A stretch of DNA of 64,000 nt, taken from the IMG/VR virus record IMGVR_UViG_3300041809_000571, positions 51,841 to 115,840 of that record; one strand, 5' to 3'. Under the pieces are notes generated by a model. It was not told where the DNA came from and searched no databases. It saw only the letters and a program-made list of their open reading frames with translations. The translations under genes were made by a program, and so were the position numbers. Origin of the DNA: a virus. Positions 18,167 to 27,322 of the stretch are shown here, in pieces; the stretch's first letter is position 1, and each line of letters begins with the position of its first letter.

Positions 18167-18929
18167 AATACCCAAAATTCCCGCTGTTCGTTGGTCTGAG
18201 CAAGACATCGTCGCCGCCCTTCTTAAGCGGCATCCAGCCCCGGAGTGGGCCTTCTTCCCGCAGTTAAGAAATGGCACGGGATTCGCTCAGTTGCCCCGCA
18301 CCGCCGACGCCGTGGCGATGAACTGCTACCCCAGCCGGGGGTTGGAAGTGCATGGCTTCGAGGTTAAAACCAGTCGCAACGATTTTCTCAATGAACTCAA
18401 GAACCCTGACAAGGCGGAATCCATCGCCAAATATTGTGACCGTTGGTGGTTGGTATTGTCCGACCCCACCATAGTCAAAACCGGGGAGCTTCCATCGACA
18501 TGGGGGCAACTCTCCATGCATGGTGGAGTTCTGCGTGTTGACGCCCCGGCATTGCCTCTAACTCCCGTTCCCCTTGACCGGCTGTTTGTAGCCTCACTCC
18601 TCCGTAACCAAGCCTACTGCCCGGATGAAGAAGCCAAGAAACAGTACGCAGAGGGGGTGGAGTACGGCAAGAAGTGCGTGGGCGGCGATTACAAGCGTCT
18701 CAGGGAGGAAGTAGACAAGTTCGAGGCTGTCTCGGGGGTCAAGATTGCTGACCGCTGGAGCCTTGGTAATGTGGCGTTGGCGGTCAAGGCACTGACAGAG
18801 ATGGAGTACGAAGTCAAACACATTGCCTCCGCCGCCAAGTATGCACGGGAGATAGCCGATGCTCTTGACCTGATGCTTAAGAACTCCGGGCTGACCACTT
18901 TAGCTACGGAGCTAAAAGAAAAGAGTTGA
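18159..18929 (+). CDS. hypothetical protein (possible PD-(D/E)XK nuclease fold)
   Basis: D...EVKTSRNDF resembles D-ExK core of MmcB/VRR-NUC-like nucleases; weak. Confidence 0.4.
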   Translation: MPKIPKIPAVRWSEQDIVAALLKRHPAPEWAFFPQLRNGTGFAQLPRTADAVAMNCYPSRGLEVHGFEVKTSRNDFLNELKNPDKAESIAKYCDRWWLVLSDPTIVKTGELPSTWGQLSMHGGVLRVDAPALPLTPVPLDRLFVASLLRNQAYCPDEEAKKQYAEGVEYGKKCVGGDYKRLREEVDKFEAVSGVKIADRWSLGNVALAVKALTEMEYEVKHIASAAKYAREIADALDLMLKNSGLTTLATELKEKS

Positions 18930-18957
18930 AGTTCAGTAATATTCTTAGGGGGCTGAT

Positions 18958-19299
18958 ATGGCAGTTACCGAGCTTGATGTTTACAAAGAAGAGAAGCAGG
19001 TTGCGGAACCCGAGGTTCTAGCGGGTCAGCAAAATACCCATCTGGCGTTTCCCAAGGCCGGTCCCGACATGGAGTCGGAGGTTCGTGACCGCATACTGAC
19101 CGCCATCCGGGCAGCAAGTTTTCTGGTGTTGGCACAGCGGGTTCGAGCAGACCAAGACATCATCTATTCCGGCATTGCCGGTATAGCCGATGGAGCGGCG
19201 GCGGAAATCATCCGCATATTCAACTTTGAGCCGGGGTTCGTTAACCTGCGCAAGCCTCCCGTCAGCGATAATCTGCCGGGCAGAATCATCAACATCTAA
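18958..19299 (+). CDS. hypothetical protein
   Basis: 113-aa ORF, GGGGG RBS. Confidence 0.4.
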   Translation: MAVTELDVYKEEKQVAEPEVLAGQQNTHLAFPKAGPDMESEVRDRILTAIRAASFLVLAQRVRADQDIIYSGIAGIADGAAAEIIRIFNFEPGFVNLRKPPVSDNLPGRIINI

Positions 19300-19844
19300 T
19301 GGGTAAACTGGCAGAATTCGGAAACATCCTGTACTCCCCGCTGCGGTTTATGTTTGGCACCGTGCCGAACTATATTCTCAGCCGCCGTGTTCAGAATTGG
19401 CATACCTCCATGAAGGGCTGGAAGGGGGATGAAGTTCGGGTTATCGTAATGTGCGAATCCCGCCTCTGGCATTGGGCATTTGCCGATTGGCTGTGGGGCT
19501 GGCAACAGTGGCTCTGTCATTGGCTCGGTGAGGTTCCCCTACCCAAGTTTATCACCAACATTCAAGGATGTTATGATGAGGACGACAAAGAGCATCCCTG
19601 CACCTTCGGAGAGTGGTTCGGAGATGATGTGGGGAGCCTCTGGCACCTGTACATCTGTGAGCCGGTCTTTCAGGTGATATGGAAACATTTCGTTGGCGAG
19701 CGGGTGGTAGATTTCGAGCTTACGTTGGAAGAAGCTCGCCAGAAGTTTGCTCATGACCCCAGTCAATATGAGTGGGTGGAAAAAGAGATTGCGCAGCACG
19801 AGCGGTGGGATGCGGGGGAAGTGGAGGAAGCATGTCTGAAATAA
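19299..19844 (+). CDS. Trp-rich hypothetical protein
   Basis: 181-aa ORF. Confidence 0.4.
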   Translation: MGKLAEFGNILYSPLRFMFGTVPNYILSRRVQNWHTSMKGWKGDEVRVIVMCESRLWHWAFADWLWGWQQWLCHWLGEVPLPKFITNIQGCYDEDDKEHPCTFGEWFGDDVGSLWHLYICEPVFQVIWKHFVGERVVDFELTLEEARQKFAHDPSQYEWVEKEIAQHERWDAGEVEEACLK

Positions 19845-20317
19845 CACTCAAGAGCACTAACGACCAGAGTAACCTGGATTTTCACCTGGGTATGGTTGCC
19901 CGAATGGAAACAGCATTTCATTCCTATGGCGACTACACGAAGAATTACGTCGGGACATACTCGAACACATTCCGCACCGATGTCAAGAACGCCATAGACC
20001 CCATCATCGAGAAGTACAAACGCTCCGGGAATGGCAACGGGACTACCGCCAACACTAACTCCGTTGTGTCAGCCTTGGAGCGCCTCCTGTTATACTTGGT
20101 GGGGGGTCGGACCCGAGGTGGGGAAGTCAAGCGGGGCAACACGGAGTATTTGATGGACGCCGCCAACTTCCTGATGATAGAATACAACAGACCACAGGTC
20201 CCGAGGGCAAAGTTCAAGGCATCAGGATTTGATGAGTCCCCCGGCGTAGCAGGCTCCCCCGAGGGAGAGGCAGCCGTGGCTGCCTTCCAGACCTACGGAA
20301 ACAAGCAAGGAGACTAA
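19832..20317 (+). CDS. hypothetical protein
   Basis: Internal ATG after GGAGGAAG chosen. Confidence 0.45.
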   Translation: MSEITLKSTNDQSNLDFHLGMVARMETAFHSYGDYTKNYVGTYSNTFRTDVKNAIDPIIEKYKRSGNGNGTTANTNSVVSALERLLLYLVGGRTRGGEVKRGNTEYLMDAANFLMIEYNRPQVPRAKFKASGFDESPGVAGSPEGEAAVAAFQTYGNKQGD

Positions 20318-20532
20318 TGGACTGGCAAGAAATTGACAGGGTGCGGGTCCCGAAGGATTATGGAGAATTCCTTGGGCTTGCGACCTTGCGCAGATACAAC
20401 CACCCGCTGATTATCGCCCGGTTTGCCAGATGCAATGCGGTGGTGGGGCAACCGTACTTGGATACTTGGAAAGATATCGCCGTCATTGAATACGCCATTG
20501 CTCATGCTAAACCGGAAAACTTCTCGGAATAG
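20317..20532 (+). CDS. hypothetical protein
   Basis: 71-aa ORF. Confidence 0.35.
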   Translation: MDWQEIDRVRVPKDYGEFLGLATLRRYNHPLIIARFARCNAVVGQPYLDTWKDIAVIEYAIAHAKPENFSE

Positions 20533-20545
20533 AGTAATAATCCTT

Positions 20546-21550
20546 ATGCTGACTGTACCGGTTGATATCAGTTATGTGAATTTTGTCTGGTCTACGGACT
20601 GGCACCTGAGTGCCTACCCACCGGGTCAACGTGGTGATGACTACGAATCGGCCATTTTGGAGAAGCTTGACTTTATCCGGGACGTAACAGAGAAGGTCCA
20701 CGGTGTAGCCCTGTGTGGTGGGGATGTATTCCATGTGAAGAAAGCTCACCACCCTGCTAACAGTCTGTCTCTCCTTGTGCGGACGCTGCGGACATTGCGG
20801 AAGTTCCCCATGGGCCGGGTGTATGGGGCAGTAGGCAATCACGACTTGGCATGGGGCGAGCGGATGGATTCGCTCTCGGGTCAGCCCCTCGGCCTTCTTA
20901 TCGCTTCCGGGGCCTATGCGGACCTGACCGAAGAGTGCCTGATGGTGAGTTCGCAGTTTGCTCCCTTGAAAGTGCAGGTACAGTCCTTTCCCTATGACCA
21001 CGGTCAGGAGACGCTGCACAGGATAAAGGCTTCCCACCGGCATGGGGATGCCAACTACTTTGTGGGCATCGTTCATGCCTATGGTCAGCCGGGCGGACCC
21101 AGTGATTACTTTGGTGAGCGAGTCATCGGCTATGATGAAGTTGCCGACTCAGATTTTGATTTCTTGCTTTGGGGTCATGACCACGGGCGGCAGGAAACCA
21201 AGAAGGTGGGTAACACCACCCATGTGCATTTGGGGAGTCTCGCACGAGCGGCACTGGACAGTGACCAAGCGGAGCGTCTCGTGTCTGTAGCCGTGCTGTC
21301 ATTCTCCGAGCAGGGGCCGAAGTACAAGGAAATCGCCCTGCCCGTGAAGCCATTGGCGGAGGCGTTCGTTACCGCCGACCGGGAAGTCCGTCATATCAAC
21401 AAGTCGGAGGAAGTCAAACAGTTCTTGACGCAGATGGAGGTAGCCGTGGGTGGTGTGGAAACATCCGACCCCGGCGAGGTTCTCAGGGAGCTTTGCCCCA
21501 AGGAAGACATTCGGTTGCTAATGTTGGTAAAGGAGCTATGCGGCCTATGA
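20546..21550 (+). CDS. Mre11/SbcD-like metallophosphoesterase nuclease
   Basis: DWHL, GGDVFH, GNHD, GHDH motifs in Mre11 order; start trimmed to ATG 20546 after previous stop. Confidence 0.6.
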   Translation: MLTVPVDISYVNFVWSTDWHLSAYPPGQRGDDYESAILEKLDFIRDVTEKVHGVALCGGDVFHVKKAHHPANSLSLLVRTLRTLRKFPMGRVYGAVGNHDLAWGERMDSLSGQPLGLLIASGAYADLTEECLMVSSQFAPLKVQVQSFPYDHGQETLHRIKASHRHGDANYFVGIVHAYGQPGGPSDYFGERVIGYDEVADSDFDFLLWGHDHGRQETKKVGNTTHVHLGSLARAALDSDQAERLVSVAVLSFSEQGPKYKEIALPVKPLAEAFVTADREVRHINKSEEVKQFLTQMEVAVGGVETSDPGEVLRELCPKEDIRLLMLVKELCGL

Positions 21551-21888
21551 CAAAGCACACGCAAGTGGAAATCCCCGGTGTACCGGGAAAGCGTGCTGAC
21601 GAAGGGATTGTGGAGCTTTTAGGTATTCTAAACAAAAAGGGTGTGTGGACGACCTCATCTTGCCAAGGGACATTGGACGAGGGTGCTTACCTCCGGGTAG
21701 ATGGAAGAACGGCTGTTAAGTTTATGACATTTTTTGCACAACGAATATACTCTGCTGCCATATGTTATCCCCCCGGTCCAGAAGGCAGACTTACTATACA
21801 AGCGGGCCAGTATGGGGTACAGCTTAAGTGGAATCCACCCGACTACCCCCTGGTCTTGGCTTTAGCAAAGGAGTTATGCGACCTATGA
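21538..21888 (+). CDS. hypothetical protein
   Basis: Start context AAGGAGCTATGCGGCCTATGA nearly identical to next gene (both begin MRPM). Confidence 0.4.
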   Translation: MRPMTKHTQVEIPGVPGKRADEGIVELLGILNKKGVWTTSSCQGTLDEGAYLRVDGRTAVKFMTFFAQRIYSAAICYPPGPEGRLTIQAGQYGVQLKWNPPDYPLVLALAKELCDL

Positions 21889-22115
21889 AAATCGTCATTT
21901 ACTCATGGTTCGGTGAGGAAGAGTTGGTGTTTCCTTACAAGCACAATGATGTCATGGAGGTAACTGAGGACCAGCTATGGACAATCGTCAAGGACTTTTA
22001 CATGAAGAGACTCTCTGTGATGGTCCGCAGGCTCAACAAGCTCACGCTGGTAGCGGTATCACGGGATACTGGTAGGGGGTTATTTGATAAACATCTATCT
22101 ATCGGGCGGCATTAG
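21876..22115 (+). CDS. hypothetical protein
   Basis: Start context AAGGAGTTATGCGACCTATGA. Confidence 0.4.
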   Translation: MRPMKIVIYSWFGEEELVFPYKHNDVMEVTEDQLWTIVKDFYMKRLSVMVRRLNKLTLVAVSRDTGRGLFDKHLSIGRH

Positions 22116-22572
22116 GGGCTTGTCTGATGAGCAGGCCTACGGTTGGCGCAAGGCTGTAATTAAACACTACCAGCTTGCCACGGGGGGCTTTGGACACAGT
22201 GGTATGACCCCGGAGGAACTTCAAGCCTCCAGCAAATGTATCCACTACGGAGTGAACATCATCGTTCCCAGCCGTATGCAGTATCGGGATGACGTTGACC
22301 TCAAGTCCGCTTCCCTTTGGGTAATCAAGCGGGACAAGATTTCCATCGCCCAGTCGGATATTGTCCTTGCCTACTGCCCGGTGCCAAGCTGGGGCACGGC
22401 AATGGAAATTATGTACGCTCATGAACTGGATAAGTGGGTTGTCGTTATCTGCGATGATGACAATCTAAGCCCTTGGTTAGTCGCTCATGCCGATGCCATC
22501 GTGCCCGGCCTTGACCTTGCCTATGATGAGATAGATAAGATAGCAAAGGATATGAGGAGCCAAATGCCATGA
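22084..22572 (+). CDS. nucleoside 2-deoxyribosyltransferase-family protein
   Basis: IYLSGGIRG near N-terminus and SWGTAMEIMYA (NDT nucleophile-Glu motif). Confidence 0.5.
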   Translation: MINIYLSGGIRGLSDEQAYGWRKAVIKHYQLATGGFGHSGMTPEELQASSKCIHYGVNIIVPSRMQYRDDVDLKSASLWVIKRDKISIAQSDIVLAYCPVPSWGTAMEIMYAHELDKWVVVICDDDNLSPWLVAHADAIVPGLDLAYDEIDKIAKDMRSQMP

Positions 22573-22892
22573 ACAGCGAGAAGGTCATGAAGGTAGTCTC
22601 CACGGTCTTGGTAATCCTCGTTCTTTTGCTCGTCATGGTGACGTACCAATACAGCGAGTATGTTGACCAGTGCAAGCAAGAGGCTGAACATGCCGAGCTT
22701 CTCTACCTCCGGGCGTGGAAGAGCGCTCACCCCGATACTATTCGGATGGAGACACAGGGAGAGTGCATACAGGATGTGTTTAAGACGTTGCGCCCATTCT
22801 TGCTGCCACCATTTGGCACGGCGGGGCCGAGATTCCCCGTTGTTCCACCGTCCGAAGATATGAGACCAAGGAAAGGTACTAACGTAACGTGA
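22569..22892 (+). CDS. membrane-anchored hypothetical protein
   Basis: N-terminal hydrophobic helix VVSTVLVILVLLLVMV. Confidence 0.4.
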   Translation: MNSEKVMKVVSTVLVILVLLLVMVTYQYSEYVDQCKQEAEHAELLYLRAWKSAHPDTIRMETQGECIQDVFKTLRPFLLPPFGTAGPRFPVVPPSEDMRPRKGTNVT

Positions 22893-23503
22893 TGCTCCTT
22901 AATGGACAACCAAACCTGTGGTTCACCGCCGACTGGCATTTGGGGCACCGGTACTTCACCACCAAAAAGCGACCCTTCTCCAGCGTGGAGGAAATGAACG
23001 AGGCGTACATTACCAACCACAACGCCGTGGTGCGGAAGGGTGACATCGTCTACGTTCTCGGAGACCTCTACCTTCAGATGAAACTGGAGCAGTGCGTGGA
23101 AATCCAGAAGCGGCTCAATGGAAACTTCTACGTTATACAGGGAAACCATGACGGTATTGCCGTTCAGATGATGAAGAAGCATAACTCTTTCGTCTGGATA
23201 CGCCAGCTTGAGGAAATCAAGGTTGGTCAGCCGTGGTTTGATGACACGAACAAGAAGATGATTACGCTCTGTCACTATGCCATGCGCACGTGGAGGAATT
23301 CTTGCTATAACAGCTATCATCTTTATGGGCATTCTCACGGAATGCTCCCTGATGAGCCACACCTTCTCTCCATAGATGTGGGGGTTGATTGCAATAACTT
23401 CTACCCCATCTCTATCGAACAAGTTATACAGAGAATGGAGTCCAAGATGCCCGCTAGGTTGGCCTACTTAGAGAGCTTAAAGAATTCTGGACGGGTGGAA
23501 TAG
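22889..23503 (+). CDS. calcineurin-like metallophosphoesterase
   Basis: TADWHLGH, VLGDLY, GNHD, HSHG motifs. Confidence 0.6.
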   Translation: MMLLNGQPNLWFTADWHLGHRYFTTKKRPFSSVEEMNEAYITNHNAVVRKGDIVYVLGDLYLQMKLEQCVEIQKRLNGNFYVIQGNHDGIAVQMMKKHNSFVWIRQLEEIKVGQPWFDDTNKKMITLCHYAMRTWRNSCYNSYHLYGHSHGMLPDEPHLLSIDVGVDCNNFYPISIEQVIQRMESKMPARLAYLESLKNSGRVE

Positions 23504-24167
23504 ACTTACCCGCTTTCAACCACCTAATTAGTTTAGGACGTGTCATGTTAAGGTCCTTGGCTGCAAGAGAAATAGACCCATAATTTTTTCCGTTTATCGT
23601 TATCGGTATTGACCTTGGGTGGAGGAATCCAGACTTGAATGAGGTAACAGTTGGTTTTCCGTAGAGATGGTGGTTTTTGCCACGGGCATACTTTCGGTTA
23701 CCAATTTTCTTACAAGTTTCTTCAGTGTGGTGTTTCCCGTAGAACGGGTTGTTTTTGCCTGCTATACAAGGCCGTGGTCCACGCAAGTGAGCACGATGCT
23801 CAAGAGATTTAGGAATTCCCTTGAGAACCTCGCCCATATGCTTACGGCGCTCAGCACTGAACGGTGCCCGTGATGTGGGACCACCATCACCACCGGGTGT
23901 TATGTTATATCCATTTTCCCGTGTATGGTTTTCAGCTATCAATGAGATTTCCAGCCTAATAGCTTCAGATTTGTAGGGGGTACATACAATAGGCTCAATC
24001 CTAAAGGCATCTTTGCCATGTTTCCTTATGGCATTAGCCAGTTTGGTGGTTGCCCCACGGTTTGTATACTTTATATGATTCCACCATCGTTCCTTCAAGG
24101 AAAGTTTTGTGTAGCCGATGTACAATTTCCCATTCTCAAGGCAAGTGATTTTGTAAACGGTGAACAT
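23454..24167 (-). CDS. GIY-YIG homing endonuclease
   Basis: N-terminal YKITCLENGKLYIGYT ... R ... E ... NGYNITPGG (GIY-YIG core) followed by basic DNA-binding tail; isolated minus-strand gene. Confidence 0.75.
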   Translation of the reverse strand: MFTVYKITCLENGKLYIGYTKLSLKERWWNHIKYTNRGATTKLANAIRKHGKDAFRIEPIVCTPYKSEAIRLEISLIAENHTRENGYNITPGGDGGPTSRAPFSAERRKHMGEVLKGIPKSLEHRAHLRGPRPCIAGKNNPFYGKHHTEETCKKIGNRKYARGKNHHLYGKPTVTSFKSGFLHPRSIPITINGKNYGSISLAAKDLNMTRPKLIRWLKAGKSIPPVQNSLSSLSRPT

Positions 24168-24270
24168 AGCCCCTCTTACATAGGGAATAGAAAGTTAAGT
24201 TATTTGGTCATTGTCATTTATTACTCTAGAAAGTTAAAAAATTTCAGTAATAAGAGGATGAAGAGGGCAG

Positions 24271-24894
24271 ATGAGCAAAGAGTACCGCACGTTCTTTTGT
24301 GAAGATAATCACACCCAGTACACTATTGAAGCGCCGGGGGAAGCGGAAGCATGGGCGGCTCTTCGGCAAGCCATTGAGCCTGATTTTCAGAGCATCCCCA
24401 TTGTCAATTATCATGGCGGCATGAAAGAAGCAGGGCCGGGACGGGAGTATGAAACCGTGCCTGCAACCAAGAAGGACCTCCGGGCGCACCTTCGATACCA
24501 GCCGCCAGCCTACACCCGATACCAAGAGGGTGGGGACCTTTATCTTTCTGAGAAACTGGACCCCACGCTCGCCGAACCCATGCCCACCGCCCCACCCAAT
24601 GAAGAAGACGTGGGCCGGTATGTGCAGCGGGTGATGACTGAGATGCGTCTCAAGCAGGTCGCCGAAGACCATGAGGCCCGCATTGTATGGGGGGAGAAGA
24701 AATACGGTCAGCGGCTTCGTCCCCATAACGGCAGGGATTGCCTCAAAGACCTTTATCAGGAAGCTCTGGACGGCTGCTCATACGGTGGGCAGGCCGTTCT
24801 GGAGGGCAGAGACGGGGGTTATTTCCTACGTCAGTTCGCCCGCCTCGCTGACGAAATCCGGGATGCTATCTACAAGTATCCCATGAAGGGTTAA
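24271..24894 (+). CDS. hypothetical protein
   Basis: 207-aa ORF following AT-rich intergenic region. Confidence 0.45.
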   Translation: MSKEYRTFFCEDNHTQYTIEAPGEAEAWAALRQAIEPDFQSIPIVNYHGGMKEAGPGREYETVPATKKDLRAHLRYQPPAYTRYQEGGDLYLSEKLDPTLAEPMPTAPPNEEDVGRYVQRVMTEMRLKQVAEDHEARIVWGEKKYGQRLRPHNGRDCLKDLYQEALDGCSYGGQAVLEGRDGGYFLRQFARLADEIRDAIYKYPMKG

Positions 24895-24895
24895 C

Positions 24896-25087
24896 ATGGC
24901 GACAATCACCCTTGCGCAAGCTGAGTTCATTCTCGGAGATTTGGGTCCCGCCAAGCGTCACCTTATCCGACTGCTGCAAGACCCTGAGACTTGGGCTAAT
25001 CCCGGTACTTATCGGGAAATCCAAGAGTCCATCCAACGCACGGAAGTTAGTCTGTTGAAGCACGTTCTGGAGGTAGAGGATGAGTGA
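24896..25087 (+). CDS. hypothetical protein
   Basis: 63-aa ORF. Confidence 0.3.
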   Translation: MATITLAQAEFILGDLGPAKRHLIRLLQDPETWANPGTYREIQESIQRTEVSLLKHVLEVEDE

Positions 25088-25550
25088 TACCCGCCAGATT
25101 TTCATCGACAAGCTTGCCGAGATAGAAAAGACCGGACGTGTCCTTACACAGAAGGAGCGAACAGACCTCTTCTTCGAGGTGGTAAAGATAGCCTGCAATC
25201 CGGGGCGGCTGGTTATTCACGGGCATGAGTTCTGCATCAAAGAGAAGAGCAACGCCACGCAAGAGGATTGGCGCAAGGAAGAAGATGAGATGAACGCTCG
25301 TGAATCCTTAGAGTCTATCGTGGATGAGAAAGACCACCCGTTCATGAAAGAAGCCAAGTTGGACACATGGCAGAAACGGCTGATGTATTTCCTCAAGCCC
25401 GTCGCCCGGCACTTTGAGGTTGACGATGCGTCTCTTCTTGAAAGATACATGCGTCACAACCTTCCCACCCATGCTATGGAAGCGGGGTTGAATCCCCTTC
25501 AATTTATGCAGTTAGGAGAACAAGAACAAAATGGGAAACCAATCAGATGA
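25080..25550 (+). CDS. hypothetical protein
   Basis: 156-aa ORF. Confidence 0.4.
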   Translation: MSDTRQIFIDKLAEIEKTGRVLTQKERTDLFFEVVKIACNPGRLVIHGHEFCIKEKSNATQEDWRKEEDEMNARESLESIVDEKDHPFMKEAKLDTWQKRLMYFLKPVARHFEVDDASLLERYMRHNLPTHAMEAGLNPLQFMQLGEQEQNGKPIR

Positions 25551-26175
25551 TTCTCTGCGGACCTACGAAAACAGTAAGCACTTAGGATTTACCGACCAGT
25601 GTCCTGATTGCAAAGGGGAGGGGGAAGTCCCCCTTACCGATACAGAACGCTGTGGCTGTGAGCAGCCTTGCTCCTGTTACAACTACAAGACCTGTGAGTG
25701 CTGCGGCGGGGATGGGAAGGTTGAAGCCACTCTCCCCGGTAGAGCGGGACAGGTCGCTGCCCGGCAAGCGGAGCTTTTAGACCGTCCTCCTCAGATGTTA
25801 GTTGGCACTGACGGGAGAGGTAAAGAACCATTCATCGTAAATGGCCGCTTATCCGAAATTCAGAGCGTTGTTTACAAGAACGTAATCGGAACTTCCATAC
25901 CGGTCATCATCCGCCCGGCACCGCCCATTTCCCGCTGGCTACAGCGGAGGGAGAAGTTCTTCAAGATTCTGGATTGGTTGAAGCTCAAATGGTTCAACTT
26001 CAAGCTGCGTTTCCACCCGCAGGAGATTGATGACCCTCTCTATGACCTAATGAACGAGGATAGCATCATTCCTCCGGGAGAGTGGGAACCGCTGCAAGAG
26101 TTGGCACAAGAAGTAGTGGATGCTCCCGGTGGTGACCCCACGGAGCCTTCCGACCGTCCGATTAAGGAGAAATGA
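25531..26175 (+). CDS. Cys-rich protein with DnaJ-type CxxCxGxG zinc-finger repeats
   Basis: CPDCKGEG...CGC...CSC...CECCGGDGKV. Confidence 0.45.
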   Translation: MGNQSDDSLRTYENSKHLGFTDQCPDCKGEGEVPLTDTERCGCEQPCSCYNYKTCECCGGDGKVEATLPGRAGQVAARQAELLDRPPQMLVGTDGRGKEPFIVNGRLSEIQSVVYKNVIGTSIPVIIRPAPPISRWLQRREKFFKILDWLKLKWFNFKLRFHPQEIDDPLYDLMNEDSIIPPGEWEPLQELAQEVVDAPGGDPTEPSDRPIKEK

Positions 26176-26381
26176 TGTTCTATCATGTCAAGGTTACTGC
26201 TCCGGGTGGGCCTTACGTTTATGATGATGTCACAAGTGTTTCCTGTGAAGACGGGTACGTCATTGTGACAAGAGCAGATGATGTCAAATCACAGCATTAC
26301 TTTCACGATAGTGAGTTGGAGTTGGTGGAAATAGCAGGTGAGGGGGTTTTTTGGACATGGACGAAATCTACCAGAAAGTAG
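26172..26381 (+). CDS. hypothetical protein
   Basis: 69-aa ORF. Confidence 0.3.
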   Translation: MMFYHVKVTAPGGPYVYDDVTSVSCEDGYVIVTRADDVKSQHYFHDSELELVEIAGEGVFWTWTKSTRK

Positions 26382-27322
26382 CGGAGCATTTTGCCAAGGT
26401 GGTTGATGCTCTCTTTGAGAGCGAGGAGACCCTCAAGGCAAAGTTCAACGAGTTGTTTCCCGGCTTGGAGTTCGACCGTACTGACCACTGGGGCGGAATC
26501 ATGTACCGGGTCTTCCGGGATTCTTGGCTGGAGGCCGGTCCCGAGGTTAAGGCGGAGCCAACCGGCTATGACCGGAGTGCGGTCCTCAAGAAGCTCACCA
26601 CCCTGCTGGATTACAACCTCTTCACACAGGTGATGCTCAATCTGCAATCCTACCTCGGTATGGCGTATCAAGCTTTGAACGCTGAAAAAGACCTCAAGAC
26701 CATGGAAGAATGGTGGAAGAACAACAAGCGTAGCCCCTTCATGCCGGGGTCGAAAATGGTGAAACTTTCCGCCAACATGACGACGGAGGATGAGAAGTTC
26801 AATCAGGACCTCAGCACCATCCGGTCATTGAAAATCATCGCCAACTTTACCCCCAACCTATCATGGCGGGTCAGCCCCAAGGGCAGCACCCCGGCGCTGG
26901 TAGACAGCAACAACGTTAGCAGCCTTGGTATCGGGGCGGACAGGTATCTTAAGGTGATGCCCGGCCTGCGGGCCTCTTACGTCTTTTGGGAGCCGGGCGG
27001 CGGGCCGACCATGGCAACCATTCCCCCGGCATCTTCCGACCACATTACGTTCCAAGCGGAGGGCATCCCGTACTTGTTCCGTTCCAAGTCGGGCGGAGAA
27101 ATCCTCAATCAAGTTTTGTTCTCCCGCCGTCTGGCCTTCGGCATTTTCTGTGCTCACGATGTGGCGAACGAGACGTGCATCATCGTCCCGAGAATGAGTT
27201 CCATCCTCGTGGTGCATGACGACAACAGTTACAACCTGCGCCATGCCATCGAACCCTATTTGGATGGTGGTGTTATTCAGTTGGCAGAGGGGTCAAGAAG
27301 TGACCCCTCCCCAAAGGCTTAA
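26351..27322 (+). CDS. hypothetical protein
   Basis: 323-aa ORF. Confidence 0.45.
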   Translation: MDMDEIYQKVAEHFAKVVDALFESEETLKAKFNELFPGLEFDRTDHWGGIMYRVFRDSWLEAGPEVKAEPTGYDRSAVLKKLTTLLDYNLFTQVMLNLQSYLGMAYQALNAEKDLKTMEEWWKNNKRSPFMPGSKMVKLSANMTTEDEKFNQDLSTIRSLKIIANFTPNLSWRVSPKGSTPALVDSNNVSSLGIGADRYLKVMPGLRASYVFWEPGGGPTMATIPPASSDHITFQAEGIPYLFRSKSGGEILNQVLFSRRLAFGIFCAHDVANETCIIVPRMSSILVVHDDNSYNLRHAIEPYLDGGVIQLAEGSRSDPSPKA

